DNA of 64,000 nt from contig NMRA01000023.1 in the NCBI GenBank assembly GCA_002633005.1, positions 402,084 through 466,083 of the forward strand, given 5' to 3'. This DNA comes from Phoronis australis. Lineage: Eukaryota; Animalia; Phoronida. Shown here piece after piece: positions 12,159 to 24,820 of the stretch; position 1 is the first letter of the stretch; the number at the start of each line of letters is the position of its first letter. The position numbers were made by a program, and so were the translations under genes. The notes beneath the pieces were generated by a model. It was not told the origin of the DNA. It searched no databases and was given only the letters and a program-made list of their open reading frames with translations.

Positions 12159-15100
12159 GTACGTATGTTGCTTATTTTGAAACCAAAGTTTTTCAATTTC
12201 AGGTTCAGGATGTTCCTGAAGGCCTAGATACAAATCCGTCCCCAAATTTCTTGATACGAAGTGCAATCCATAGTCATTTCCCAAAAGTTGTTCTTAAGAT
12301 TTGAGGTAATAAGGAAATTTGACCACTACGTTTCTGCATTCAGCATGAGGCTTACTTTGTTGAGTGGTACTGTAAATATTGTACGTGCTGTGGGTACTTA
12401 GCTTGTCCAACTTCCTCACATGGATTTGTTGGCATTCGAGACAGTTATTTGTTTATGCTACCTAGATTTTAAATTTCGTCGACTAGTAGAAATACTAGCC
12501 ATGTTTCACTATAGCAGCAGTTCGACTACTAACAAGTGTAGTCCCGCAAAGTATTCATTGACAAGTCATCTATAGACATAAAATAAGTTGGCAATCCCTT
12601 TAAGGACCAAAATTGAGACCATGATGACAATTAGCCACATTTCCCACACCTATGTCTTACGCCAGAGATGAATAACAACACCAAAACAGTAGCCATGCGG
12701 GCTTTTACATTTCTCATTTCTGAAAGAGACCCATGGGGGCTTTATACTGGTGGGGACTCTTTTAGGACTGTAGTAAGGGGTAATTTGAATCTGATCTTGT
12801 TGACAGGTAGTGAGTGCACTGAACCCTGTGATTGCATGATTGTCTGGATATCCCAGATATCTGGGCATGATATCTCATTAGCATAGAATTACACTTTTCT
12901 CCTTAATTAATGCTATAAGTCACATGCTACTTCATTTGCAGACGTAATGTCTGGTGAGAAGACGTCATGACATAGTGTACTGTTAGCGATCCCCTATTTT
13001 CTTAACCCAAGAAAAGCAAGAAGCCCTTCTAATACTAATTTGTTACTGATATTTTTTGATTTGTGTTGGAAGTTTTATTTCTTCATGTTTTTTTTTGATA
13101 ACTAGTTTCATGCTATATTTAAAGATAATTTCTTTAAGTGTGGTACATACCTAAACATGGCCTGGTATTATTGTCAGTAGATTTGCCTTGGATAAACAGT
13201 TGTACAATAACACCATTATCTTGTCTAGACGCATCATCTGCATAACAGTCTTGCTGGTTCTCAATCTGTTATTATGGCCACTTCATTTCAGACTTCAGCA
13301 TTTGTGGAGGATTTGTTCTTTTGTGGTGATGGTTATGCTTTCATAACGTACTGGGATTGAGGCATTTTCATTGGCACTGATACTTAAATAGCACCTTCTG
13401 CGATGGTCACCCATCCTTTTTGTTTTCTCTGTTTCATCCTACACCAGCCAGTACTACATTTGTCTTGACTCTGGTTTCTGAGCTTGACATATTGTTTATG
13501 TATATAGCTATTTTTACCTGGGCCCCCCCTCCCGGTGCTAGTTGTCACGGTGCGGTGCGACTTGCTTCACTTAAGTTGCGTTTGCTCGACATTAGAATCC
13601 CTGGCCTAGTAGTGTTTACAAGTGTAGTTGACACTGATGAATTGCAACTTGCTCTACCTCTTAAACCCTTGTCAAAAATGTCAGTCGTGTGTAATACACG
13701 CACATGCACCCGCACATGTGCCCAAGTTTTAGTCGCTTCATGACTGCTATGTCCCGTTTTAGTGTGGCTTATGACTGTCTGACTCAGGCAGTCAGCTGAT
13801 ATCTGTTGTTGACCTTGGCTGCGCTCAGTCATGACTGTTAGTATAGTTTTCTTGGAATCATGACATTCTTGCAGGTTTTTTTTACTCTGTTAATCGTATC
13901 ATAAAATGTATGGAATTCTCTGGGCAAACATGTGCATTAAAAGTCTGGTGTGATGGTATCTGCCTGCCTACCATTCTGGCTTCTCTGTCCATTGTTAGAT
14001 CTGTCTAACCAGATGATGAATGGTTCATGCATCACTGACCTCACTCAAAGTCAAACCAGTTTCTGAGCCCACCTTATCATTGAGCAGCTAATGTAGAGTA
14101 TGTGGATGGCAACCACTCTTGTGTTGCACATAACTTTGTCAGTGTGTGTTTGTGAGTGTATGTGTGAGTGCGCGCGTGTGTTAGCGCAAACTTCCTTAAT
14201 TTGTTCGCATAACTCCGGTGTAACTCGAACGAACGAATGAAAAAATATCAAAAAATCCGCACGGCCGAATGACTTATATTGATGCACGAGAATGCAGTGC
14301 AAACTTTACGAGAAGAAAATGTGTGTAATGTTGGTTACGTATTCAATGAATGACTTAGCATGAAAATAAATGCCTCGAAATACTTCAACTTATTGTGGAA
14401 TTCCATGATTATTGGGCGATTCGAGTTTATCCTCTGTGTGTGGCACAGCGTGCCGTATATGGAAAAAAGTAGGTCAGCCAGTCACGTGCACAGCACCTGT
14501 TACTTCGGCTGTGAACCAGGCCAGTTATTTGACTCTTGAACTGCTAGAAAAGAATGGTTCTTTTTAAGAATTAATTTCTTGTAGCGTACTATGAAAGACA
14601 GTGATTGACTTTCAACCTGGTAAGTTTCAATTCAACAAAGCGTTCACTTAAAATGCACGGCAGAAGACGTAACAACTACGATGTCCCCGGCGACCACTAG
14701 TTACGCTCGTAGCCAAACGACGTGAAATTTACGAGTAAAGCACTCGGAAAAACGTTTAAGAAACGTAAAAATACGAATGCCAAATTCAAACACGGAGTTT
14801 CGACGTTTTTTTTTTTTGGTCACGATCCTTTACGAAGCCAAGTCCGGGTATACACGCGCGAGTGCACATACGCAGTCACTCTTATTTTCCAGCGGAGATT
14901 TTCGAGCGTGTTGAGCACTGGTGATACTGATTTGTGAATTTGTTGAGGATATTGTCTTGTTTTTGTAGATTTGTGAATTGCATTACTGTGCGATGTAACG
15001 AAACGTAGACATGTACTCTTCATGTCCTTTCGAATGCAACTCCATTGTCTTCTCACAATTTTAAGTGGTTTCTCAACTGCATTTTACTCTTCTCTTTTGA

Positions 15101-16569
15101 GAGCTTCAAGATACTGTACTCGAATGCTGTCTATCATGCAATTCTACACAGATTATCTTACTAAAAAGATTTACAGATCTTGATTTTTGCAGCCTATTGA
15201 CAATACACACATCCTGAATGGAACAAACCTCCTAATTTTTGTTTAGTTTTCCTATGTGCCGTCCTTTGAACAAGAAAAAGACATCAAAACAGTGTGCTAA
15301 ATAAAATGCAAGGAAATGACTTTTTTTATGTAACAATTTTTTCCTCACCGGGTGGGGGAATTCCTCCACCTCCCCCCATCAGCACTGCGCGCCTCTGATT
15401 TGCGCTTTGCACGACTCGTCAGTATCACGAATTTGGACCCCCAATTTTCAAATCCTAGATGAGTCCTTGTCTTCCTATGAGTTAACCTGATTAAATGGAC
15501 GAATTCTCGGGTATCTTATTTGGCTTAAGATTTTGTCAATCAAATAAATCCTTGTACGGCTGTAACGTCGCCACACCTCCCTAATTTGTCTCCCATAAAT
15601 CAACGTACGTTCAGTCCCTATGGAAACCCAATTGTTCCTCCCGCTGCCAAACGAGCATGGGACGGAGACGACTGCATGGGCTGGTGGTGCAAATTTCGCC
15701 GATCTTGCCCGATTTTTGCAAGTTAGCACGAAAACTTGAAACAAATTTAGAGGAAATCCGTGTGGCTCATGTCTACTCAGAATTTTTCCCAGGTGGCCAA
15801 ACACAATCTGATGTGGCATTGGGAACCTGCTGGTCGCCAAATGGAGCACTTCTCCTGATTTATCAGGTATCTGTCTGTAAGAGTTAATATCGAGCTTAAT
15901 CAGTCATTGCAACTCCTCGGAATAGATGGATCAAACTGAAAAGTTTCGAAAATACCCAGAATTGGGACACGTAAAATCCGTTCTGTTATGAATAATTGCT
16001 AGAGGTTGCGATTTGCAACAAGTGTAGTAAATCCAGAGATCAAATTCATAGCGTTACCTGGTGTTTAATCAAGAGAACTTGTAGTACAGACTTAGAGTGC
16101 TGTCGTATACTGGAGATGAGTGAATGGGAAAGCTATATGGTTTTGATTGGAGTTTTGCTTGTGAGAAAATGTCATTAGTAGCTCAAAACTTGGTAAATCC
16201 TGCTTCGAATGAATTTAGTGCTCACCCAGTACTTAGTTAATCTATTGCAAATGGTAGTTATTTCACCTGCTCTGAGGTCACCAGGTGTGTTTTGCAATTA
16301 TTGAAGACCTTCAGGACTCAGGTGTTTCCGTAAATTCATAACTCAAACTAACGACGTACAACTAGGAGTCAATCCAAGTTTACTCATGGTTGTATTTATC
16401 AATATTCTGCTCTGCTTCAAAATGCCCTTTTTGTGCACAGGAATAACATTTTTGGATGTTGTTGCATGTGCTCCTGTTTTATCGGATTCAGAGTTTTGCT
16501 TCCATGTATTGTAGACCGCCCGTGTTCTAAGGTCTTATGTAGGGTCTTAGTGACAGATATGTGTATTAA

Positions 16570-16788
16570 GCCAAATCTCTATAATACTTACTAAGAGATT
16601 TTGAACTCTGTATATGTATGTTGTATAGGTATGTATTTTCTGACCGCAAAAAATAATTTAGAAAACAGATTGCATTTGGCGACAAGAGATTTTTTTTCAG
16701 TTTCGGCGATCTCAGATTTCGTTTGACGACCTGGGATTGTTGCCAGGTAACCAAATGCAACTCGGCATTTAGCTAAGTGTCGCGCTGA
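16570..16788 (-). mobile_element. Diverged inverted end of the CAGGGCTCGA repeat family
   Basis: ACGACCTGGGATTGTTGCCAGGTAACCAAATGCAAC...TGTCGCGCTG resembles the reverse complement of the termini at 17671 and 57182. Confidence 0.5.
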
Positions 16789-17670
16789 TCTAAAATAAAA
16801 TTTGTTCATGTTATTGATATCGATGTTTTGCTGTCAATGTACGTTTTTGGGTGTTGTTAAATTTTATTTAAAGTACGGTCATGTGACCCAGTTTTAACTC
16901 AACAAATTCTTTCTCTAGGCCTTCTACTTTAAAAAAATGGATACTTCTGCTTAAAGTTAAAATCTATGGTTTTGTACGTATTTGGCTAAACACGTAGACT
17001 TGTCAGTAATGTCGTACATTACCAAGACATTTTCAGCCGCTCATTCCCGAGTCTCGTTCCTGAAATTATGCTGTGTTGATTTTGTAAATCTCAGTTATAA
17101 GACCAGCTTCACAAAAGTGTGTATTTACTGTTAATCTTCACTTATTTCACACAAAAGTAAATGCCAAAATGGCAATTGAAAGGCCAGCTCAGTTACAGAG
17201 AAGTGTTGTTTGATTACAGCAATACAGTACAGGCATTGTTTTCTTCATGTTCATTTTTGTTGAGAACTGTAACAAAATGGAATTTCCATTTGTCAGCTGC
17301 GGTGGGTGCTAACTAGGTGTCGTTGTTGCTCATATGCTAATAGTTGTTGCTCATGCTCATCGTATTGAGGAAACATTATGACAAATGATGTTTGAGCAGT
17401 ACAGATGAGGACAATGAAGTCCTTGACAGCAGTACTGGCCACCTGCCTGCTACTGCAGGGGTCTAGGTACTAATTGAACATTGCAATTACCCAAACACCC
17501 CCAGTCTTATTTTTTATGTTTATTAGGCAAAATATAATGTACAGTTATTGAAGTTAAATCAAAAAAGTGCTGAAAAGCATTATTGGATGTCAAAATATCT
17601 TATTACATGGATATCAATGCATATTTACACACATGTTTACTTAAGTACACCCATATAAATCTACCTAGGG

Positions 17671-18030
17671 TAGGGCTCGATGCTGTGAAAATCGCCAGGT
17701 CTCATTTTGCGACCTAGCCAAAATTCCAGGTCACATTTTCAAAATCTAGCTCGCATTCATCAATGCCAGGTCGCAAACTTTTCCCAACATTTTTACTGGC
17801 TAAATTTGATTTTTAGATCATCAAGAAAATTATGGTCTTACCTGCGGCATTTAATACTTACAAATTTCAGATCTCAGAATTGAGTTCTTACGTGCAGGTG
17901 GGGGGTTCATCACGACCGCCATTGAAAGACTAGAGTGCAAGGCTAGTTGCCGACGTGAAAGTTAAATCAGTGCTCTCTAACCGACACATGCATTCGAGTA
18001 GCTAAGTTTGCAATGTGAAAAGGGAGAAAA
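17671..18030 (+). mobile_element. hAT-like non-autonomous element end, copy 1
   Basis: About 360 bp align by eye with 57182-57558. Terminus (T/C)AGGGCTCGA; subterminal CCAGGTCGCA repeats. Confidence 0.75.
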
Positions 18031-19179
18031 TACTCCCAAGATGTCGATGGAGTTTCCAATATTGTTGGTCATGTAAGAACCGAATGTGCTCGTGTTTTTT
18101 CTCATTTCATTGCTCAGAGTGGTGATGTTTCGTGTACTGTCATGTCATGAGGAATCGCAGAAATATAGGTCACGGACTAGAAATTCCTGTCAAGTACCAC
18201 TTTGTTGGTTCTTCCAAGGCAATGAAATACGCGCGACAAGTGCTGCCTCAGTGATCACTATATGCCAACACGAGTTCCGCGCATGAGTTAAAGGAAACGA
18301 TTGTGTTTCCTTCAGTAAAGAGCATAACACAGGTATTTTTACACCATAGGCAAGGTCCTGGTTCCGCTAAAAGTGACTGATAGTCATTGAAAGGCAAGTG
18401 AGTTGCGTTCATTTCAGAATCTTAGCTTTGTGCGACGAACGTTCACAAAAGCGCAGACACTTGTAAGGAAGTCTCGATCATGAAAAATTGGGGGTGGGTG
18501 GTAAGCCGAGTATGGGCGCTTAAGAATGAAAAATTGGAAAGTTTGGAGGTGGGCGGTAACCTGGACCAGTACGGTACTTTGGAGTCCTTTTCCATCAGGC
18601 ACTTAAAAAGTATGCTTTTTTCTTAGTGTGGATATTTTTTTAAAATATGCATTAAGTGTGACCTCTGATAAAATCTTACTGGACTTCTATCAGAAACAGG
18701 GTAAAGATTTGTTACCAGTTGACCAGCATGCTACACTTGTGCTGTTATTGTGTGCTCAGGGTCATTGGAGTGATGTACTGTGGCTAATGGGAGTCTGCCT
18801 GGTGTGTGCTGTCACTTGTGACCAATGTCCCCTCTGGACAAGTCACTGTAACTTGTCACAGGGAGAAGGGGGGTAGAATAAAACAGGGCAATGACCACTC
18901 AAGGTTAGCAATTGTTTTGTTAACATAAAACTATGTTAGTTTTATTTGTATATGGGTGGCAGATTTTACATACCATATGTTGTGTTACACAATGTTTAAG
19001 GTGTATACTATTTGGCTTTTCCAGATTCTTTTTTGCTTATTGTATGACCTCAAGATAAATGTCTGTTGTGCAGTTTGTTAAGGTGTTATGTAAATTATGC
19101 TGATAGTTGAAATCCTAGTTGATGACCCCAGCATTGAAGTCAGAAATTGTATGGATTCAAAATTTTTTACTTGTACTTA

Positions 19180-19488
19180 CCGTAAATACTCAGGTTAACG
19201 CCCGGGCACTTAAGTTGACCAGCTCAGGGAAGGGGAGCTTAATCCAGAGATGGGCGCTTAAATTGGAAATTTCAAGAAATTGAGCTTGGCGGTACTTGGA
19301 CACTTAACGCGAGTCAAGACCATCCATGATTTTGCAATTGAAATCCACAGACCTGATGTTCAAAGGATTTTATGCAGTGAAGCAAATTTCAGGGAGCATC
19401 TTAACTGAGGAGTGTTTTTTAGTAATTAAAAAATTTTATAAGTAGATGATGGATGCGCCAGCATGGGTGTTATCCTGAATGTTTATGG
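19180..19488. mobile_element. Tc1/mariner-pogo-type MITE
   Basis: TA-CCGTAAATACTCAGGTTAACGCCC ... GGGTGTTATCCTGAATGTTTATGG-TA: imperfect 24-bp TIRs flanked by a TA TSD. Confidence 0.7.
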
Positions 19489-21512
19489 TAAGTTTGTAGC
19501 CCCCCCCCTCCTGCAATGTAGGGATCACCAGATGCAAACTTGGACTAAAACTTATCTGCCTTGGCTATAGTACCCTATGCTCTTAGGAGTTCCAGTTCAG
19601 AAATTAGGCACCCCCAAGTCTACAACTTTCACAGTGAATAAAAAGACCATTTCATAGACTGCATCTAAATGTGTATTGATATTGTGGAGATTGTTAGTGT
19701 TAGAGGTGAGTGCACATTCATGTTTTTGTACTGTTGTTTAATGAAGTGAGTTGTTCCTGACCAGTACAGTTGAAAGTCGGTCAGGCATATATGAATATAG
19801 GGTATGCAAGTTGTGCTCTAGGCTTGCTCAGTGGCCATAGAATGACATTCATGAAATGACCAGGTTTTTAAATCTGTCCAATATTGGATTGGTGTTTATA
19901 GAAAACGTACTTTTGTCGATTTATGTTGTGAGTTGGTGAGGGGTTTGGATAAAGTTCTTATTTATCAGGAGTGTTTTTAGAAATTTTGATATTTTGTACT
20001 TTGGTCTTTGCCTGCTACAAATCAGCAAAACATAGTGGGGTTCAACAAATTATTTCCGTGTTATATCTGCCTATATAGACGCACCTCATGTGAAATTTGA
20101 TGCTGCTCACTATTATTTAGCCTCACAATAAAAATAAAAACAGAAAATCAGCATTTTTCAAGTTAAATGATCTCTGATTTGAAACGAAAAACAATATTCA
20201 AATGTTTTATAAATAATAATTAGCTAGTATCATAAAGCAACAATATGAAAACCCCCTTTAAAGAGTTCCCCCCATGACCCTGTGTCTCAAAAAGAATTTT
20301 ATTAATCCATCATAAGAAATTTAATTGCCTTTAGGTATACCTGTTGCAAAGAAACTAGCCAAAAATTAAAAAAAAATATTTTTCTGTTATTGAAGTTGTA
20401 TGTAATGGGTAGAAGACCCGTCTCCACTGTTGTTGTTTTTACCAGTGCGATACAGACGAGTTGTTAAGAAAGTCCACCGAGAGTGGCCTTTGTTCAGACA
20501 TGAAAAGATACGTTTGTAGAGACTGTAGTAACAGCAACTTGACTGAGAACGTCTCTTGTGTTCAAATTTCCTAAATATGTGAAAGTTGTGGTTTGTGATC
20601 TCCTCTCTGTCTGCATAATTGTCCAGTTCCTTCTCTGCTGTGTTCCACCATTGCAATTGATTGTCAAGTGACCAAACGTGTTCTAGCCATTGCTTCATTT
20701 GGCGGGAAACTTGGAAATAACTAATTTTTCTTTAAAAAATTGCAACTATTTGTCATAAAAAGTGCTTCTTTAGTTCGATTTTATGATAATCATTTTATAT
20801 TACCTAACTGAATCCTTAAAAACTAAGATAATGCCTGGCGGGAGGCGGGAGCTCTTTAAATTTAATAAATTATTTCCTAGCTTGAAGTACAGAGTATTTT
20901 ACTCAACACCTCATTATTTTGTTATGTAACTAGTTTTGAACCACCCTAGTTTTGTTTTTAACAAAATCTTACTCCTACCAAAAGTATTGGAGGTTTGTGG
21001 GGAGCAGCAGCCCGCAGTAACCTGCACTTTTCAACCCTGTGTCATCACTTGTGTTTTGAAAACTGATCTCTCGAAATTCCATAATTCTAGACTACACATC
21101 AGGGGTGATTGCACAATTTATGGCATAAGTGAATCATTGTGTGGGCGTTAAGCTATCTGTGGATGATTTCATCTCTTCAAAGATGGCCTCCGTATGTTGT
21201 TGACTGTTTCCTCAATGGAGGATTTCATTAGCCTTTCCTGTAAACCGTGTATTGAATATTGTCCGCAGTTCTACTTTTGGGTTTCAGGTTTCTGTGCTTG
21301 TACTTTGCTTACCTCATTTCAAGTCATTTGGATAAGCAAGCCCTGATCAGGATCCTCCCATTGTCCCATCACATTTTCAAAACATGCAAACAGTTACTGA
21401 AAATACATCCTTGGACATAAATGTAGAAAATTTTCCGAAAATACACCCAAGGGTGTTCTTTTGGGTTGGCCTATTTTCAGAAATTCTCTGTGATACTACA
21501 CGGAGTTACTGT

Positions 21513-22192
21513 CAGGGGTTCATCCAGAATTTCAAAAATGAGGCATCCAAAATGAATTGATCAATTTCTCAGGGTGTCCATGACCATTAACACGTTACAT
21601 TATTTCTATGATCCAAAGTTATATTGCTATTAGTGTGGTATGTTACTCTGGAGACCTGGTATTTCAATAAAGGTTTTTGTACCTTACACAATTTCTTAAC
21701 CAATTTTTTTATTCTGGACATGCCAGTGAGCTCCCAGAGATGTTGTTACTGGGATTTTCCGTAAATAACTTCATGTCCCTGTATTCAGAAAATTTACAGG
21801 GCGTTTCAGGAATACCAAATAATCGCCCGGTGTTTGTTCGGAAAGGGGGGGTATAAACTGAATTTCATAACCTCGATTTATATGAAAATATCAGCTATTT
21901 TAAAATGTTATATACTTAGTTTGCTATCCCTTGGTTTGTTTTCATGAATGCTCCACAAAACTGAATTTGTGGCTAAAAGTTGATACTGATTGGGCTTTTA
22001 AGAGGAAATTTTCTGGTGTTTCATCGGCTGGGCTTATCTACGGAAAATCCCAGTAACAAGTTAAAAGAGACAGCCATGCTTACTTGTTTACTTTACTTGG
22101 GTGTCCAAAAGCTGAAAAAGGCTCCCCAACTTGGGTGCCTAAATTTGAGTAAGGGTGTTCAGTTGGATGCCCTGGACACTACAGATGAAGAT
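21513..22192 (+). mobile_element. Old hAT-like repeat; related partial copy at ~26700-27035
   Basis: Starts CAGGGGTTCATCCAG. Shares TGGTATGTTACT(C/A)TGGAGAC and GGGTGTTCA...TGGAC blocks with the 26.7-27.0 kb copy. Confidence 0.5.
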
Positions 22193-22679
22193 CTCGTTAC
22201 TGCTACATCTTGTAAAAAGCATTTCCACGTTATAAAAACTATATTTCATCAAGCATGGAATATTGGCAAGCAGCAAAGTATTTTGGATAACATTTACAAG
22301 TTTTCAAAATCATTAAAAAGTTTCCAGATACTTTATAATTATAGTGCAAATCAGCTGTACGCCACCTAATGTTAAACTCAAGAGAGCCTAGTAATAACTC
22401 TGGGCCAGAGTGATTCTCAAAATAGTTAACACCAGAACTTCTAGTACTCTTTATGGTACATCATGTCCTTTGTTTTTTGGTTGCACTCATTTCTAGTTCT
22501 CCCCTGTCCCCTTGTAAAGCCTCAAGGGCAAAGCTGATAAGTCCATAGTCAATGCCTTACCAGCTGTATATCTTTACTATATGCATTTTCTTTTTAATCA
22601 GATTTAATTGCTTTATGGATAAAAAGAACTTAAGTGCATTCATTTTCTAAGTTTTTAAGCCAAGCTTGAAGGTTCTGTC

Positions 22680-23741
22680 AATAGGCCTTTTGCGAGTTTA
22701 TAACAATAACGCGAGATTATGTGAGACTTAACTGTGACGTCACGGGAAGTGGGGCAAAAGCTTGTCGTTTGGTCGTTTGCCCAATACGGTAGCAGAGTGT
22801 ATTCTGTTATTGTCTTCGAGTTTTTAGCCGTTTAGTTCAAAAAATGTCCAAAAGCATTGCTGTTATGGCAAATGAACTTCAGATTCGCACTACAATACGT
22901 TCTATCGCGTTCTGTACTAATTTCGTCCCATGTATTTTAAACGGACGGTAGGCGAAATCCGCTCACTGATAAAGTTTTCACCTCGTCGAAAATACATTCT
23001 ACACCTAAAATTAACACCTAAAAGGCTCTTACTTTCTTCAGTGACTCTTTCTGCTTCTAAACATATCTTCGATGAAGCATATATACGGGAATTCAGGTGA
23101 CTTAGGCGAAGAATTCTAACTCCACTTTGTGGTTACTGTTAACTTTGTCCGCACGCGCGATTACCACAATCAAGTATTTCAACTGAGTCAGGTGAGTATG
23201 AGGCAAAGGCTAGCGCGAGACTGAGCGAAGCGAGAGATCTGGCGTGTGACACTTGCAAAATAGCAAGAGAAAATATCAAGTGAAATTTGTAAGATTTGTG
23301 TCCCTTGGACTTTTTGTTTGTCAACAGGCGTGATTTCATGTAACTTCCTCAAAATGGCAGCTCTTTAGTGAGACAAACTCGAGAGAACCGCGAGGTTTTC
23401 ATGAATATGCTCAAGTTATTTCTAGACTAAATTGTGTCCAGAGTCAGGGTATGTCTGCGCCATTCAGGCCTAGAGCGGGTTAAGTTCCAATTTCAGTCCG
23501 TTCACAGCTTCGCACAACACAACAAGGTCACATTTTCTTCGTCTATTCACAGTTATTCCACGACCCATCTACCATAGCTTAAGTTGTTTTAACGTTTTAA
23601 GCGTAAAATTCACCATAAGAACTCCAGTAAGTTTTAGCGTGTATAGCAAAGACTCGGGGCAAAACAAGAGCAATATGGCGGGTTTTGCCCCCTTTCCGGT
23701 AACGTCACAGTGACTAGCGAGAAACTCGCAAGTGAGCTATT
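22680..23741. mobile_element. Non-autonomous DNA transposon with long imperfect TIRs and a THAP-like remnant (ISL2EU-like)
   Basis: AATAG...TTGCGAGTTT versus AAACTCGCAA...CTATT. Subterminal ACTGTGACGTCACGGGAAGTGGGGCAAAA is mirrored at ~23683-23712. 22852-22887 translates KHCCYGK*TSDS. The family assignment is inference. Confidence 0.7.
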
Positions 23742-24650
23742 AACACAGTGTGTTTAATTTCTCATCGATTAAACTCGTCTCGGATTGGGATATTTCCAGC
23801 AGTCATTTTTTAGCTTCTGAAGTTCATTTGTGAAGCAAAGACTGGTAGTTGCTGTACACCTACATGTATGCATCAGCAAACACATACTTAACCTTCCTCT
23901 TTCTATCTGAGTCAATAACAGCAGTTATTTCTGTCTGACCCTTAACAATGATTATTAGCCTGAGGAGTATACATCCATTATGTCTTCAACAGTCCACTCT
24001 GTGCTTGTAAGGCTTCCCAATGGCAGTGTCCTTAATCACTTGATCATGGCATCTTGGATGCCTGTGGTGATCCCATGATCTCATTCATAAATTGGTGGTT
24101 TGCTCCCATTCATAAATAAGTGGTAAATTGTTGGTTCATCTGATACCAGGTGTTGGGAAGCAGTAAGACTTAGAAGTCAAATAAAGTGGCTATACTTAGA
24201 TTGGTTAAAAATAGCCGCTTCCAATATTGATGCTCAGTATTTGGCGAGAGTTATTGACAGGGATGGCCTTGTCTTCTCTGAGCTCTGATCTGAGCAAAAC
24301 ATTACTGCTATGATCATGCATCGTACATTTTTTCTACAATTAGTTTTACAGCTGCAACAAATTTTTGCAGACGATATTTTCTCGGTCGAAGCTTAGCGTG
24401 ATAAAATGTGTAGTAAGTTATAATAGTTGCTAAACCTTAATTTATAGATTCACTTTCTTTCCGTTTCGTTTAAATTTTCAATTGGTTTTGAGTAAAAGCT
24501 TTATTTGACAAAAATAGCTCGGCTTTTCTAAAAGGTCACGACCTCTGACCCCGAGCCTCTGACATAGAAAGTAGTTACAAAGCCAAGGCGAGTCTAGAAA
24601 GGTAGATCGATTCATTGCAATGTTTCTCGTTCAGTATGTGGTATAAATAG

Positions 24651-24820
24651 ATTATTACATGGTCTCAGTCATTTTCCCCCTTATCTGAGCCCTCGTGGAT
24701 TTTTGAGAATTATCGCCCTCTGGGCTGACACCCCTCGTGCGATAATTCTCCAAAACCCACTCGGGCTCTAGAATACGGGTTCTAGAATACAGGGGATAAC
24801 GACTGAGAACATGTAATAAT
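24651..24820. repeat. 170-bp imperfect palindrome (hairpin MITE)
   Basis: Nested arms ATTATTACATG/CATGTAATAAT, TCTCAGTC/GACTGAGA, GAGCCC/GGGCTC and GAGAATTATCGC/GCGATAATTCTC. Confidence 0.8.

Noticed and set aside
15657-15887. 76-aa ORF as a DYRK1A coding exon
   Set aside because: Its donor is phase 0 whereas the downstream acceptor at 27738 needs phase 1; no recognisable homology.
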